64,000 nt of DNA from an uncultured Candidatus Saccharibacteria bacterium (GTDB lineage Bacteria; Patescibacteriota; Minisyncoccia; Phycocordibacterales; Phycocordibacteraceae), in NCBI GenBank assembly GCA_964391975.1, contig CAYMNZ010000001.1, positions 15,280-79,279 on the forward strand, read 5' to 3'. The notes under the pieces are model-generated. The model did not search any database. It was not told the origin of the DNA and saw nothing but the letters and a program-made list of their open reading frames with translations. Shown here piece after piece: positions 1 to 12,170 of the stretch; the stretch's first letter is position 1, and the number at the start of each line of letters is the position of its first letter. A program made the position numbers and the translations under genes.

Positions 1-240
1 CCGAACTCCGCTATTCGTAAGATTGCTCGTGTGCGCCTCACCAACGGTATGGAGGTTACTGCCTACATTCCGGGAGAGGGTCACAACCTCCAGGAGCACT
101 CCGTTGTTATGCTTCGCGGTGGCCGCGTGAAGGACATCGGTGTTCAGTACACCATCGTGCGTGGTCGCCTTGATACCGCAGGTATTGAGAAGCGCCGCCG
201 TGGTCGCTCTCGTTACGGAGCCAAGAAGCCTAAGAACTAA
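1..240 (+). CDS. rpsL: 30S ribosomal protein S12 (5'-truncated by window edge)
   Basis: [16 protein letters not shown]...[24 protein letters not shown] motifs. Confidence 0.98.
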   Translation, partial: PNSAIRKIARVRLTNGMEVTAYIPGEGHNLQEHSVVMLRGGRVKDIGVQYTIVRGRLDTAGIEKRRRGRSRYGAKKPKN

Positions 241-242
241 GC

Positions 243-707
243 ATGCGTCGCCCAATTAAGAACAAGCACCCTCGCAAGCCTGACCTGACCTACAAGTCAG
301 AGGGTATTACGCGTTTCATTAACACTGTCATGCTCGACGGCAAGAAGGACACTGCCCGCAAGGTGGTCTACGCCGCCCTCGACATCATCAAGAAGGGTGA
401 CGTTGACCCACTTGAGACTTTTGAGACTGCTATCAGGAACGTTTCTCCTCTTATGGAGGTCCGCTCTCGCCGTGTGGGAGGTGCTAACTACCAGGTTCCT
501 CGCGAGGTTCCTCAGCAGCGCCGCGTTTCCTTGGCGTACCGCTGGCTCATCAATGCCGCCCGCGCCAAGAAGGGTAAGCCTATGGCAGAGAAGCTTGCCA
601 ATGAGATTTTGATGGCCGCTAAGAACGAAGGAGAGGCAATCAAGAAGAAGGATGACATGCACCGCATGGCCGAGGCCAACAAGGCCTTCGCCCACTTCGC
701 CTGGTAA
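243..707 (+). CDS. rpsG: 30S ribosomal protein S7
   Basis: [13 protein letters not shown] and C-terminal [12 protein letters not shown] motifs; follows rpsL. Confidence 0.98.
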   Translation: MRRPIKNKHPRKPDLTYKSEGITRFINTVMLDGKKDTARKVVYAALDIIKKGDVDPLETFETAIRNVSPLMEVRSRRVGGANYQVPREVPQQRRVSLAYRWLINAARAKKGKPMAEKLANEILMAAKNEGEAIKKKDDMHRMAEANKAFAHFAW

Positions 708-711
708 CAAC

Positions 712-734
712 AACCGCCCTAAGGGGCGGTTTTT
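712..734 (+). terminator. Intrinsic terminator after rpsG
   Basis: AACCGCCC-TAAG-GGGCGGTT hairpin followed by T-run. Confidence 0.8.
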
Positions 735-765
735 CTTATACGCACACAGTGCTATGCTTGCCGAC

Positions 766-1170
766 ATGAGTGAGGCACCAAAAGAGAAAGAAGGAGGGAG
801 GGGGCTCAGTCCGATAGGCTGGGCAAAGGTACTGCTAGCTGGCGCAGCAATTGGCACGCCTTTGTATGTGGCGACGCAGCATGCGCTTGAGCAAAGCCAA
901 TCCGCTCCTGAGAGCCTCTCGAGCGACATCGCCCCTGGCGTCATTCTTCATATAGACCCCGTAGCGCCGGAAGAAGGGGGCGTCCCAATGGTGGATGTCA
1001 CCGTTGCCTACCTGGGGGTTGAGCAAAAGTTGCCAATGACAGCTGCCGAAGCAGCAGATTTTTTCGAGAATCAAGAGGTGGATGTCGATTTCAGCGTACG
1101 GCTTGGACGTGAGGAAGGCGAGGTTGAGGTACACATAAATTCAATAACCCCGCCCGGAGACCCAACGTAG
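766..1170 (+). CDS. Hypothetical single-TM protein inserted between rpsG and fusA
   Basis: ATG at 766 after extended -10 TGCTATGCT; one hydrophobic segment then acidic domain. Confidence 0.7.
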   Translation: MSEAPKEKEGGRGLSPIGWAKVLLAGAAIGTPLYVATQHALEQSQSAPESLSSDIAPGVILHIDPVAPEEGGVPMVDVTVAYLGVEQKLPMTAAEAADFFENQEVDVDFSVRLGREEGEVEVHINSITPPGDPT

Positions 1171-1183
1171 TAGAAACAAAAGA

Positions 1184-1209
1184 AAAAACCGCCCGAAAGG
1201 GCGGTTTTT
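1184..1209. terminator. Bidirectional terminator
   Basis: AAAAACCGCCC-GAAA-GGGCGGTTTTT between convergent ORFs. Confidence 0.85.
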
Positions 1210-1837
1210 AAAGCCTGTGCGTGCGTTTGAAGGAGGCGATTGCTGAGGGAAGCACTGTTTTTGCGAAAGGCTCCGAAAGAGTCTCGGGTTTGAGGTCGAG
1301 TATTTCTCGAGACCCCGTTTTGGTTTCGAAGTTGAGCATGAATTCAGAAGGAAAGCGCTCACCAGGGTTCTCGTTAGCGGGCTTCGGGTTCCGGCTCTCG
1401 ATGTTGAGGTTCCATCGCTCGATGTTGAAGGTCTTTCCTTTCTCGGCTTGGGGGTAGAGGAGAGAGCGGAAAAGCCGTAACTCATACATGCGGTTGATGG
1501 GGAGACGATAGATATCTACAGTGGCCTCAGCGGGGCCTGGGGAGCCCTTCTCGCGATTCCACTTCATGGTTGAGAGGCGGTTGAACGCCTCGACAAGAGC
1601 AGTGGCGACTTTCACTTCAAGCTCTGCCGAGCCGTCCTTGAATGCTTCTTCAATGTCTTGTACGCGGATATACTCACCTTCATCGTTAGAGAGCATTGCT
1701 TCCTCGTATTCCGCCATGCGCTGGTCACGCTTGGCGACGAGGAGGCGATAGTCGCTATGGAACCCTGCAAGCACCTGCTCGATGGTGCCGAGCTTCTTAG
1801 ATACCTCAGGGAATGGGGCGCGTTCTCTTGCAGGCAT
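1208..1837 (-). CDS. Hypothetical protein (helical N-half)
   Basis: Long ORF ending at the bidirectional terminator; ATG just downstream of a -10-like element. Confidence 0.65.
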   Translation of the reverse strand: MPARERAPFPEVSKKLGTIEQVLAGFHSDYRLLVAKRDQRMAEYEEAMLSNDEGEYIRVQDIEEAFKDGSAELEVKVATALVEAFNRLSTMKWNREKGSPGPAEATVDIYRLPINRMYELRLFRSLLYPQAEKGKTFNIERWNLNIESRNPKPANENPGERFPSEFMLNFETKTGSREILDLKPETLSEPFAKTVLPSAIASFKRTHRL

Positions 1838-1856
1838 ACCTCTATAGTACCCAGCA

Positions 1857-1885
1857 TTGCTTTTTGAGGCCAATTTCAGTATCTT
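1857..1885 (+). promoter_or_regulatory. Putative sigma70 promoter for fusA
   Basis: TTGCTT-17bp-TATCTT. Confidence 0.55.
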
Positions 1886-1927
1886 ACGAGTAACGCATCA
1901 CGCGCCTTTTTATTTACCTACATCCCT

Positions 1928-4075
<2,148 letters not shown>

Positions 4076-4087
4076 TCCTCCCCACAT

Positions 4088-4115
4088 AAAAAGAGCCGCA
4101 GATGCGGCTCTTTTT
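4088..4115. terminator. Bidirectional terminator after fusA
   Basis: AAAAAGAGCCGCA-GA-TGCGGCTCTTTTT. Confidence 0.85.
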
Positions 4116-4116
4116 A

Positions 4117-4578
4117 TTATTGTGCCTCTGCTGCTTTTTCTTCGAGGACTCGCGTGGACTCAGTTTGGAGTATGCGGGTAAGGGAGCTGTCGAATTCGTC
4201 TGATGTTATCCCGAAGGTCGAGCGGAACTCGGCGCGCAGTTCGCTTACATAGCGGTACCCGAGGGCGAATGACACCCGTACGTCAGAGGTAGCCGCGTGT
4301 TCGGTCGCTTTAGCGTGGTCAAAGAGCGCGTCGTAATGCTTTTTCACTATCGTGTCGATGATGGGGCTACGGTCATTGGGGTGGAGGCTATCGATGAGCT
4401 TGTGCAACTTGTTTGTCGCCTCACCTTGTCCGAGCTTCGCATTCTGTTCGGCGGCCAACAGGCGTTCAGGCTCGATGGGAGGTACTGAGGTAGCGTTCAC
4501 AATCTGGAGCGCCTCCTCGATTTTCATTCTTTTCTGCTCTGCGGGATTTTTCCCTCCTTGTTCCACTCTGGCGCTCAT
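4117..4578 (-). CDS. Hypothetical protein between fusA and tuf
   Basis: ORF converging on terminator; start codon uncertain. Confidence 0.6.
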   Translation of the reverse strand: MSARVEQGGKNPAEQKRMKIEEALQIVNATSVPPIEPERLLAAEQNAKLGQGEATNKLHKLIDSLHPNDRSPIIDTIVKKHYDALFDHAKATEHAATSDVRVSFALGYRYVSELRAEFRSTFGITSDEFDSSLTRILQTESTRVLEEKAAEAQ

Positions 4579-4689
4579 AGACGTTACTTGGTCAGTTACA
4601 GGGGATAGATACTCAGTGTACACCCACCGTCTTCCTTGGAGGGAGGACAAGATAGACTTTATCCCCGTCATCCACAGCCGGGCCTAAGG

Positions 4690-4718
4690 TTGACCCCTCC
4701 CGCCCCTTCCTGTAGGTT
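4690..4718 (+). promoter_or_regulatory. sigma70 promoter upstream of tuf leader
   Basis: TTGACC-17bp-TAGGTT with TG before -10. Confidence 0.65.
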
Positions 4719-4729
4719 AGCTAGTAACG

Positions 4730-4852
4730 CGGTACGGCGCTCTTTGTAAACTTTCCCCATACGGGACAGGTCTATGAAGGCGTCGCGCGGGTATTCCGTC
4801 CGACGCCTTGGTTGTTATATGCCTCCCGGCCTGTAACAGGTGAGCGGTACTG
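4730..4852 (+). ncRNA. Candidate structured RNA / tuf leader (rod-like hairpin with central bubble)
   Basis: Nested complementary blocks CGGTAC/GTACTG, CGCTC/GAGCG, CGGGA/TCCCG, AAGGCGTCG/CGACGCCTT. Confidence 0.5.
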
Positions 4853-4883
4853 ATTAGAAACTTAGACGTAACGTAAACATTGT

Positions 4884-6080
<1,197 letters not shown>

Positions 6081-6096
6081 GCCAGGTATCACTCGT

Positions 6097-6453
6097 ATGG
6101 CCACCAAAGCTACCAAGACCCTGAAGAAAGAAGCGTCGGCTCCAACCGAGCCGAAGCTCCGCATCCGGGTCCGCGCCTACGAGCACAAGATTCTCGATCT
6201 CTCGGTAAAGCAGATTATGGACACCGCTAATCGCTTCGAAGCGAAAATCGTTGGCCCCGTTCCGCTCCCGACTGAGATAAAGCGATGGACCGTGAACCGC
6301 TCAACGTTCGTCCACAAGGACGCACGCGAGCAGTTCGAAATGCGCATCCACAAGCGACTCATCGATATCCTCTCCCCGAATCCGAAGGTCATCGAGGCTC
6401 TCACGAACCTCAACCTTCCATCCGGAGTGACGATTGACGTGAAGATGGTCTAA
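6097..6453 (+). CDS. rpsJ: 30S ribosomal protein S10 (N-terminal extension)
   Basis: GPVPLPT, HKDAREQFEMRIHKRLIDI. Confidence 0.98.
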   Translation: MATKATKTLKKEASAPTEPKLRIRVRAYEHKILDLSVKQIMDTANRFEAKIVGPVPLPTEIKRWTVNRSTFVHKDAREQFEMRIHKRLIDILSPNPKVIEALTNLNLPSGVTIDVKMV

Positions 6454-6464
6454 CCAGGCCGCAG

Positions 6465-6493
6465 AAAAGCCGCCCCCACAGGGGGCGGCTTTT
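6465..6493 (+). terminator. Intrinsic terminator after rpsJ
   Basis: AAAAGCCGCCCCC-ACA-GGGGGCGGCTTTT. Confidence 0.85.
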
Positions 6494-6548
6494 CTTTATT
6501 CCCACCAGTGCTAGGCTTAAAGGATACCCGTAACGCTGTAACAAACGC

Positions 6549-6854
6549 ATGGTACGAGAAATTGGAGAAGGCATGCACGACGTCCGTCCACCTCAGAAAG
6601 CGGAGAGGCCGCGCGCGTGGCGCCCGAAGACAGGAGAGGCAATTACCATCACCAAGCGCGGCGGAGGCATCGTTGCACAAGGTCGCCTTGATGCAGACCT
6701 CAACATCATCGATGGCAGACCAGCAGCCTTCCGTATAGGGGGCGCCGCAGAGGACCTTCTCCCAAGCGTGGTGAGTTCAAACCAAGAGGGAAAGAAACTT
6801 GTTGTCGTGACCAAGAAAGGAATCTTTGAGATAAATAAGGAGACCGTTCACTAA
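6549..6854 (+). CDS. Hypothetical protein
   Basis: 101-aa ORF bracketed by terminators. Confidence 0.55.
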   Translation: MVREIGEGMHDVRPPQKAERPRAWRPKTGEAITITKRGGGIVAQGRLDADLNIIDGRPAAFRIGGAAEDLLPSVVSSNQEGKKLVVVTKKGIFEINKETVH

Positions 6855-6856
6855 AC

Positions 6857-6883
6857 AACCGCCCCAGAGATGGGGCGGTTTTT
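6857..6883 (+). terminator. Intrinsic terminator
   Basis: AACCGCCCCA-GAGA-TGGGGCGGTTTTT. Confidence 0.8.
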
Positions 6884-6900
6884 GTTATACTCTCTTCATC

Positions 6901-7863
6901 ATGTTTGAGCGGAAAAACCCCATTCCCAAGCTGAGCGAGCAACGGAAGCGAGAAAAGGCAAAGTATCGAGATGAGGGGCTCAAAAGGAATGCGAAGGATA
7001 GGCGCGAGCAGCTGTTGTACTCAGATCCCCTTGGCTACCTCGGGGATTTACTCACCGGCAAACTTCCAACCGCTAAACAACTTGGTGAAGAGCTGAAAGC
7101 ACGCGATCAGGAGCGCCTTAAGAAACTAGTGCTAGAGGCGAAAGATGCGGCGCGCATTATGATGCTCGACGATGCGACGAGCTATCGCGCACACGAAATG
7201 GAACACGAGCTTCCGATGGTAGAGCTTGGGGCCTGGCTAGAGGGTGCCCTACGAGAGGGGAAGCTGCCAGATACTATCATTGCTGAGGACGTTACGGGTC
7301 GACCGCTGGCGCAGATATGTCGCACCCTCCTCACGCTCCTGAACAAGAGAATCCATCCCGATGCTGAAAATGTACCAGTTATCTCGTATGCGGTTGGACG
7401 ATATACGTCGCCCACGTTGGCGAAGCAACTCGCCCAGGGCGTGGCACAGAAGCTTGAAAAGCGAGGTGCGCGCAATGTGCTGGTCTGCACCGATGCTGTT
7501 GAGACTGGAAGCTCGATGGGCCCGCTGCTCACTGAAATTGGAGGACAATCGTACTCTCTCGCTCTTATGATAGATAGGATTACTCCACGCGCCGAGACGA
7601 TGATACTAGAACGTACGGAGAAGAATCCGGCCGTGCACATCTCGCTTCACCCAGATATGGATATTGGACAAGATTCAGTACTTATCATGCGTACGCTCGA
7701 GCGTCGGTATAAGAAAAACGCTGATTACAGAGACCTCCTCCTGGTGATAGAAGAGCTAGAGAACCGCCCGTACCGCCTCCAGGCAATTGAAGAGATTGCC
7801 AACGTGCTTTATGAAACCTTCCTCGAACGCCCTGGGGTGCAACAGCTCTTGCCCGCTCAGTAA
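6901..7863 (+). CDS. Hypothetical protein, divergent phosphoribosyltransferase-like fold
   Basis: DTIIAEDVTGRPLA and VLVCTDAVETGSSM resemble type I PRTase motifs. Confidence 0.55.
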   Translation: MFERKNPIPKLSEQRKREKAKYRDEGLKRNAKDRREQLLYSDPLGYLGDLLTGKLPTAKQLGEELKARDQERLKKLVLEAKDAARIMMLDDATSYRAHEMEHELPMVELGAWLEGALREGKLPDTIIAEDVTGRPLAQICRTLLTLLNKRIHPDAENVPVISYAVGRYTSPTLAKQLAQGVAQKLEKRGARNVLVCTDAVETGSSMGPLLTEIGGQSYSLALMIDRITPRAETMILERTEKNPAVHISLHPDMDIGQDSVLIMRTLERRYKKNADYRDLLLVIEELENRPYRLQAIEEIANVLYETFLERPGVQQLLPAQ

Positions 7864-7878
7864 GGGTATACTTTTCGC

Positions 7879-8238
7879 ATGGCTTCTCCAGAAACTCCTA
7901 CGCACTCGGCTAACAAGGACATTCCAACTCTTTCGGTTGCGGCCATTGCTACTGAATACAAAGACATACTCGACCGCTACAATCGGTTCATTGATTCTCA
8001 GATGGTTGCGCTTGGGAAGCCAAAGGAGGTGGTAGAAGAACCCCCTCCGAGCGAACAGGCACGCGGAGAACTGCTCTGGAAGGAGCTTCTCCGGAGGGCG
8101 GTTGCCGGGAACGCCGAAGCCAAGCAGGCCATTATCGAGATTGATGTAGATGATGAGCTCAAAGAGCCTGATGGCTCTCTGAGCAAAGAAACGCTTCAGC
8201 GCCTTCTCGACTCCTCTGACACTCTGGCGGACGGCTAG
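7879..8238 (+). CDS. Hypothetical acidic protein
   Basis: ORF with TATACT shortly upstream of ATG. Confidence 0.65.
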   Translation: MASPETPTHSANKDIPTLSVAAIATEYKDILDRYNRFIDSQMVALGKPKEVVEEPPPSEQARGELLWKELLRRAVAGNAEAKQAIIEIDVDDELKEPDGSLSKETLQRLLDSSDTLADG

Positions 8239-8239
8239 C

Positions 8240-8268
8240 TTGCGCTTTTTAGGCCCCGCCTGTATAGT
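8240..8268 (+). promoter_or_regulatory. sigma70 promoter for rplC operon
   Basis: TTGCGC-17bp-TATAGT. Confidence 0.7.
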
Positions 8269-8356
8269 CCTCGAAACGCTACGTACCTCCTCGGAGGGAC
8301 CAATGGCCGGAAAGGGGAGACCCTCTACGCGCTATTGAAGGCGCGTTTTCCATTTC

Positions 8357-8962
8357 ATGAAATTCATCCTCGCTCGCAAAGACTGCATGACCCAGATCTT
8401 CGATGATCAGGGTATTGTCCACGCCGGAACCATCCTCAAGGTGGTGCCGAACGTCGTCACGCAGGTGAAGGCCAAGGACGGCAAGGACGGCTATGCCGCT
8501 GTCCAGGTAGGAATGGACGCGCAGACTGAGAAGCGCCTCAACAAGCCTCAGTTCGGCAAGGCCTTTAAAGTACTTAAGGAATTCCGCGTTGATGACACTG
8601 CAGGCTTTGAGGTGGGCAACGAGATTACGCTTGATACCTTCGCTCCCGGCGATGGGGTCCGCGTTGTGGGTACCTCCAAGGGTAAGGGCTTCTCGGGTGT
8701 GGTGAAGCGCCATGGTTTCCATGGTGGTCGCCGCTCCCACGGTCAGAAGCACTCTGAGCGCGAGGCAGGTTCCATCGGTGGAGGAGGTCGCGCCGGAGGC
8801 CGTGTGGCTAAGGGTATGCGCATGGCCGGCCGTATGGGTGGAGAGCGCGTTACCGTCACCAACCTCAAGGTGCTTCACATCGACAGCAAGAGCGGCGAGA
8901 TGATTATCTCAGGCGCTGTTCCGGGTCCTCGTGGCTCCGTCGTGGAAATCATTTCCGCATAA
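8357..8962 (+). CDS. rplC: 50S ribosomal protein L3
   Basis: DGYAAVQVG, SKGKGFSGVVKRHGF, KGMRMAGRMG. Confidence 0.98.
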   Translation: MKFILARKDCMTQIFDDQGIVHAGTILKVVPNVVTQVKAKDGKDGYAAVQVGMDAQTEKRLNKPQFGKAFKVLKEFRVDDTAGFEVGNEITLDTFAPGDGVRVVGTSKGKGFSGVVKRHGFHGGRRSHGQKHSEREAGSIGGGGRAGGRVAKGMRMAGRMGGERVTVTNLKVLHIDSKSGEMIISGAVPGPRGSVVEIISA

Positions 8963-8970
8963 ATTTTCGT

Positions 8971-9732
8971 ATGGCAACTACCAAAAAGACAACCGTAAAG
9001 AAGACAGCCCCTAAGAAGGCAGCAGCACCACGCGCAAAGAAGGCGCCTGAGATTACCGCCGGCAAGGACGAGGCAGTTGTCTTCGGCATGGATGGCTCTA
9101 AGAGTGGCACCGTCGCTCTTCCAGCAGAGCTCTTCGGCGTGCAGTGGAACGCAGACCTCGTACACCAGGTCGTCGTTGGTATGCAGGCAAACGCTCGCCC
9201 AACGGTCGCTAACACCAAGTTCCGCGGTGAAGTATCCGGAGGAGGAAAGAAGCCGTGGAAGCAGAAGGGTACGGGACGCGCTCGTCACGGTTCTAACCGC
9301 TCCCCAATCTGGGTAGGTGGAGGTACCTCTCACGGCCCTCGCGCAGAGCGCCTCTACACCGTGAAGATCAACAAGAAGATGCGCACCGCCGCTCTTATGT
9401 CAGTTCTTTCTCGCAAGATGAAGGATGGTGAAGTGATTCTTGTTGAGAAGATGTCCTTTGGTACGCCAAAGACCTCCGCAGCAGTGAAGACCCTTTCTGC
9501 ACTCGCTAAGGCAGCTGATGCGCCGAACCTCACGAAGAAGCGCGTAAACGCTGCACTCATCGTGCTCTCGGGTAACGATGCGAACGTGAAGAAGAGCTTC
9601 CGCAACATCGGCAACATCACGAGCGAGGAGGTTCGTAACCTCAACCCCGTGGACATCATGAACCGCCGCTACCTCGTGATTGAGAACCCGACGGAATCCT
9701 TTGCGGTTCTTTCCGGCAAACTAAAGAAATAA
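8971..9732 (+). CDS. rplD: 50S ribosomal protein L4 (Lys/Ala-rich N-extension)
   Basis: GGGKKPWKQKGTGRARHGS. Confidence 0.98.
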   Translation: MATTKKTTVKKTAPKKAAAPRAKKAPEITAGKDEAVVFGMDGSKSGTVALPAELFGVQWNADLVHQVVVGMQANARPTVANTKFRGEVSGGGKKPWKQKGTGRARHGSNRSPIWVGGGTSHGPRAERLYTVKINKKMRTAALMSVLSRKMKDGEVILVEKMSFGTPKTSAAVKTLSALAKAADAPNLTKKRVNAALIVLSGNDANVKKSFRNIGNITSEEVRNLNPVDIMNRRYLVIENPTESFAVLSGKLKK

Positions 9733-9735
9733 TTT

Positions 9736-10092
9736 ATGGGACTCTTTTCATCCGACAAGAAGAAAGTAACGAAGACCAAAAAGGTCTCGAAGGCAAAGAA
9801 GCCTGCAGTCATGAACGCTAACACCGTGCTTAAAGCACCGTGGATGAGCGAGAAGGCACTCATTGGTACCGAGAAGGGCGTCTACGTCTTTGAGGTACCA
9901 CCTGAGGCAACCAAGACCGATGTCATTGCTGCTATGGAGACCATCTACAAGGTCACGCCTCGCCAGATTCGCATGGTGAACCTTCCAGGTAAGCGCAAAG
10001 CTCTTCGCCACAAGCGCGGTATGGGAACACGTGCACGCCGCCACAAGGCCTACGTCTACCTCAAGAAGGGAGACACCATCACCCTCGTCTAA
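9736..10092 (+). CDS. rplW: 50S ribosomal protein L23
   Basis: SEKA..YVFEV..ATK..KAYVYL; operon position. Confidence 0.95.
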   Translation: MGLFSSDKKKVTKTKKVSKAKKPAVMNANTVLKAPWMSEKALIGTEKGVYVFEVPPEATKTDVIAAMETIYKVTPRQIRMVNLPGKRKALRHKRGMGTRARRHKAYVYLKKGDTITLV

Positions 10093-10103
10093 CCTTTAGC
10101 ACT

Positions 10104-10946
10104 ATGAAATCCTACAAACCGTACACCAAGAGCCGCCGTGGCATGACCACACTGCCGTACAAGCAGCTTCTTTCCGGTGACCGCCCATTCAAGGCCCTCT
10201 TGAAGGCGAAGAAGGACCAGGCAGGACGCAACTCCCAGGGCCGCGTTACTACGCGCCACCAGGGAGGCGGCCACAAGAAGCGCCTTCGCGATGTCGACTT
10301 CCAGTACAACAAGAAGAACATCCCGGCGAAGGTTGAGACTATCGAGTACGATCCATACCGTACCGGTTTCATCGCGCTTGCGCTCTACGCAGACGGCGCT
10401 CGCCGCTACGTGCTCGCACCTAAGGACCTTAAGGTCGGCGACAGCTTTGTTGTCTCTGAGGACGCACCAGTTAAGACTGGTAACCGCATGCCGCTTGGCA
10501 AGATTCCTACCGGTACCTTCGTGTACAACATCGAGCTCCAGGTTGGAGCCGGCGCACGCCTCGCTCGCTCTGCAGGTAACTATGCAGAAGTCATCGCGCA
10601 TGACGCAGGCTATGCGCAGATCAAGCTTCCTTCGACTGAGGTCCGCAAGGTCTCTGACCTCTGCTGGGCATCCATCGGTGCAGTGGGCAACGAAGAGAGT
10701 CGCCTCGTGAAGTATGGAAAGGCAGGACGCTCTCGTTGGAAGGGTATTCGCCCTACGGTGCGTGGTACGGCTATGAACCCGGTAGATCACCCACACGGAG
10801 GAGGTGAAGGACGTCAGGGTCGTGGTCTCCGTCGTGCAAAGACTATGTGGGGCAAGCCATCCGGCAAGGGACAGAAGACTCGTACGCCGAAGAAGTACTC
10901 GAACTCACACATCGTTTCTCGCCGAAAGGTTGGCAAGAAGGGATAA
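10104..10946 (+). CDS. rplB: 50S ribosomal protein L2
   Basis: RPTVRGTAMNPVDHPHGGGEG. Confidence 0.99.
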   Translation: MKSYKPYTKSRRGMTTLPYKQLLSGDRPFKALLKAKKDQAGRNSQGRVTTRHQGGGHKKRLRDVDFQYNKKNIPAKVETIEYDPYRTGFIALALYADGARRYVLAPKDLKVGDSFVVSEDAPVKTGNRMPLGKIPTGTFVYNIELQVGAGARLARSAGNYAEVIAHDAGYAQIKLPSTEVRKVSDLCWASIGAVGNEESRLVKYGKAGRSRWKGIRPTVRGTAMNPVDHPHGGGEGRQGRGLRRAKTMWGKPSGKGQKTRTPKKYSNSHIVSRRKVGKKG

Positions 10947-10948
10947 GC

Positions 10949-10977
10949 AAAAGACCGGGGTTGACCCGGTCTTTTTT
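10949..10977 (+). terminator. Intrinsic terminator after rplB
   Basis: AAAAGACCGGG-GTTGA-CCCGGTCTTTTTT. Confidence 0.85.
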
Positions 10978-11002
10978 GTTACGTTTCTTGTATAATTACC
11001 CT

Positions 11003-11206
11003 ATGCCAGCCCCAGAAAAACCAGAGAAACTGCAGAAAAAGAAACCAGAGAAACCAGAGAAACCAGAGAAACCAGAGAAACCAGAGAAACTGCAGAAAAA
11101 GGAATCAGATCCAGTTGAGGAAGTAGATACCTCTAACGAAGACCACTGGTTTGGTAGCGACTCATCAATGGGTCCTCGGTACGATAACGAGAGCGAAGAA
11201 TTTTAA
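11003..11206 (+). CDS. Small low-complexity protein (PEK repeats, acidic tail)
   Basis: TGTATAAT just upstream of ATG; ORF MPAPEKPEKLQKKKPEKPEK... Confidence 0.6.
   Translation: MPAPEKPEKLQKKKPEKPEKPEKPEKPEKLQKKESDPVEEVDTSNEDHWFGSDSSMGPRYDNESEEF
11012..11101 (+). repeat. 9-bp tandem repeat (CCAGAGAAA) with a duplicated CCAGAGAAACTGCAGAAAAAG block
   Basis: Directly visible tandem units. Confidence 0.9.
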
Positions 11207-11218
11207 GAAGCGGTAGAT

Positions 11219-11245
11219 AAGAACCCTGCAGATGCAGGGTTCTTT
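11219..11245. terminator. Bidirectional terminator
   Basis: AAGAACCCTGCA-GA-TGCAGGGTTCTTT. Confidence 0.8.
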
Positions 11246-12049
11246 CTATTGGTACTTCGCTTTCAGTATTGCAGAGAGTTCGCTCTTCGGAAGGCGCACT
11301 TCCTGCATTCCGAGCGCCCACGGGCCTACCTGATACGGAGCGAAGATGATAACGAGCGCATTCCCCTCAAGGTAGAAGTTGAGGTAGTTGTCCTCGTCAG
11401 GGGTCGTGCCCGCGTCAATCATGTCCATATTGAGCTCTGACTCGCTTACGCCTGATACCTCTGCAATCTGTGTCACGAGCTTCGCGCGAGAGCTTGATGA
11501 GAGTCGTGCAAGGTAGTCGCTTCCAGGAACGAAGAGGTCTCCGAGCGTGAGTCCCTCACCGGTTTCCTTGTCGAAGGTGAAGGTGCGGTAGTAGGCGTTG
11601 GGGTGCGCGCCAAGGGTATCTGCGTACATGAGATAGACGTACGAGACAGTTGAATCGGAGGTGTGGAGCTCGTACTCCATACCGAAGGCATACTTTCTCT
11701 CACCACCAAGTCCCTGCACCTCAATGTCTTCCGCAGAAAGGGAAAGCAGCTGGTTCTCCTCCTTGAAGGACTCGACTGATATTTCCGCGAACTGCTTCAT
11801 GACCTCAACGGCGTGTGCATCGGCTCCAGCGCCTGCTGACGCCCTGAGTGGGGTCTGATTGGGGTATGCCGCCTCAATCTCCCAATACTGCTCGTTCTCC
11901 CTAATAACCCCTGCTTCCGCCTGTGGCTCTCCTACCTGAGGAGCAGGCACCTCAGGGGCAGGAGTGCTGGCCATATACCAGATAAGGGCGCCCAGGATGA
12001 TAATGATGAGGGCGATACCCCCGATAAGTAGCTTCTTGTTGGTGTCCAT
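11246..12049 (-). CDS. Membrane-anchored DUF3298/DUF4163 (RsiV/PdaC-like) protein
   Basis: N-terminal TM; GAHPN..TFTFDKETG..LTLGDLF and NFYL..LVIIFAPYQVGPWA motifs. Confidence 0.8.
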   Translation of the reverse strand: MDTNKKLLIGGIALIIIILGALIWYMASTPAPEVPAPQVGEPQAEAGVIRENEQYWEIEAAYPNQTPLRASAGAGADAHAVEVMKQFAEISVESFKEENQLLSLSAEDIEVQGLGGERKYAFGMEYELHTSDSTVSYVYLMYADTLGAHPNAYYRTFTFDKETGEGLTLGDLFVPGSDYLARLSSSSRAKLVTQIAEVSGVSESELNMDMIDAGTTPDEDNYLNFYLEGNALVIIFAPYQVGPWALGMQEVRLPKSELSAILKAKYQ

Positions 12050-12102
12050 ACCTCTCTATACTACCCCCTACCCGGAAGGAATCATGAAGAATAGGCCGTA
12101 AT

Positions 12103-12131
12103 TTGACACTACGCCCTCTTTCCTATAGATT
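12103..12131 (+). promoter_or_regulatory. sigma70 promoter for rpsS operon
   Basis: TTGACA-17bp-TAGATT. Confidence 0.75.
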
Positions 12132-12170
12132 TCACCTATCCCGCGACGCGGGCTTTTCATTGCTTAACTC

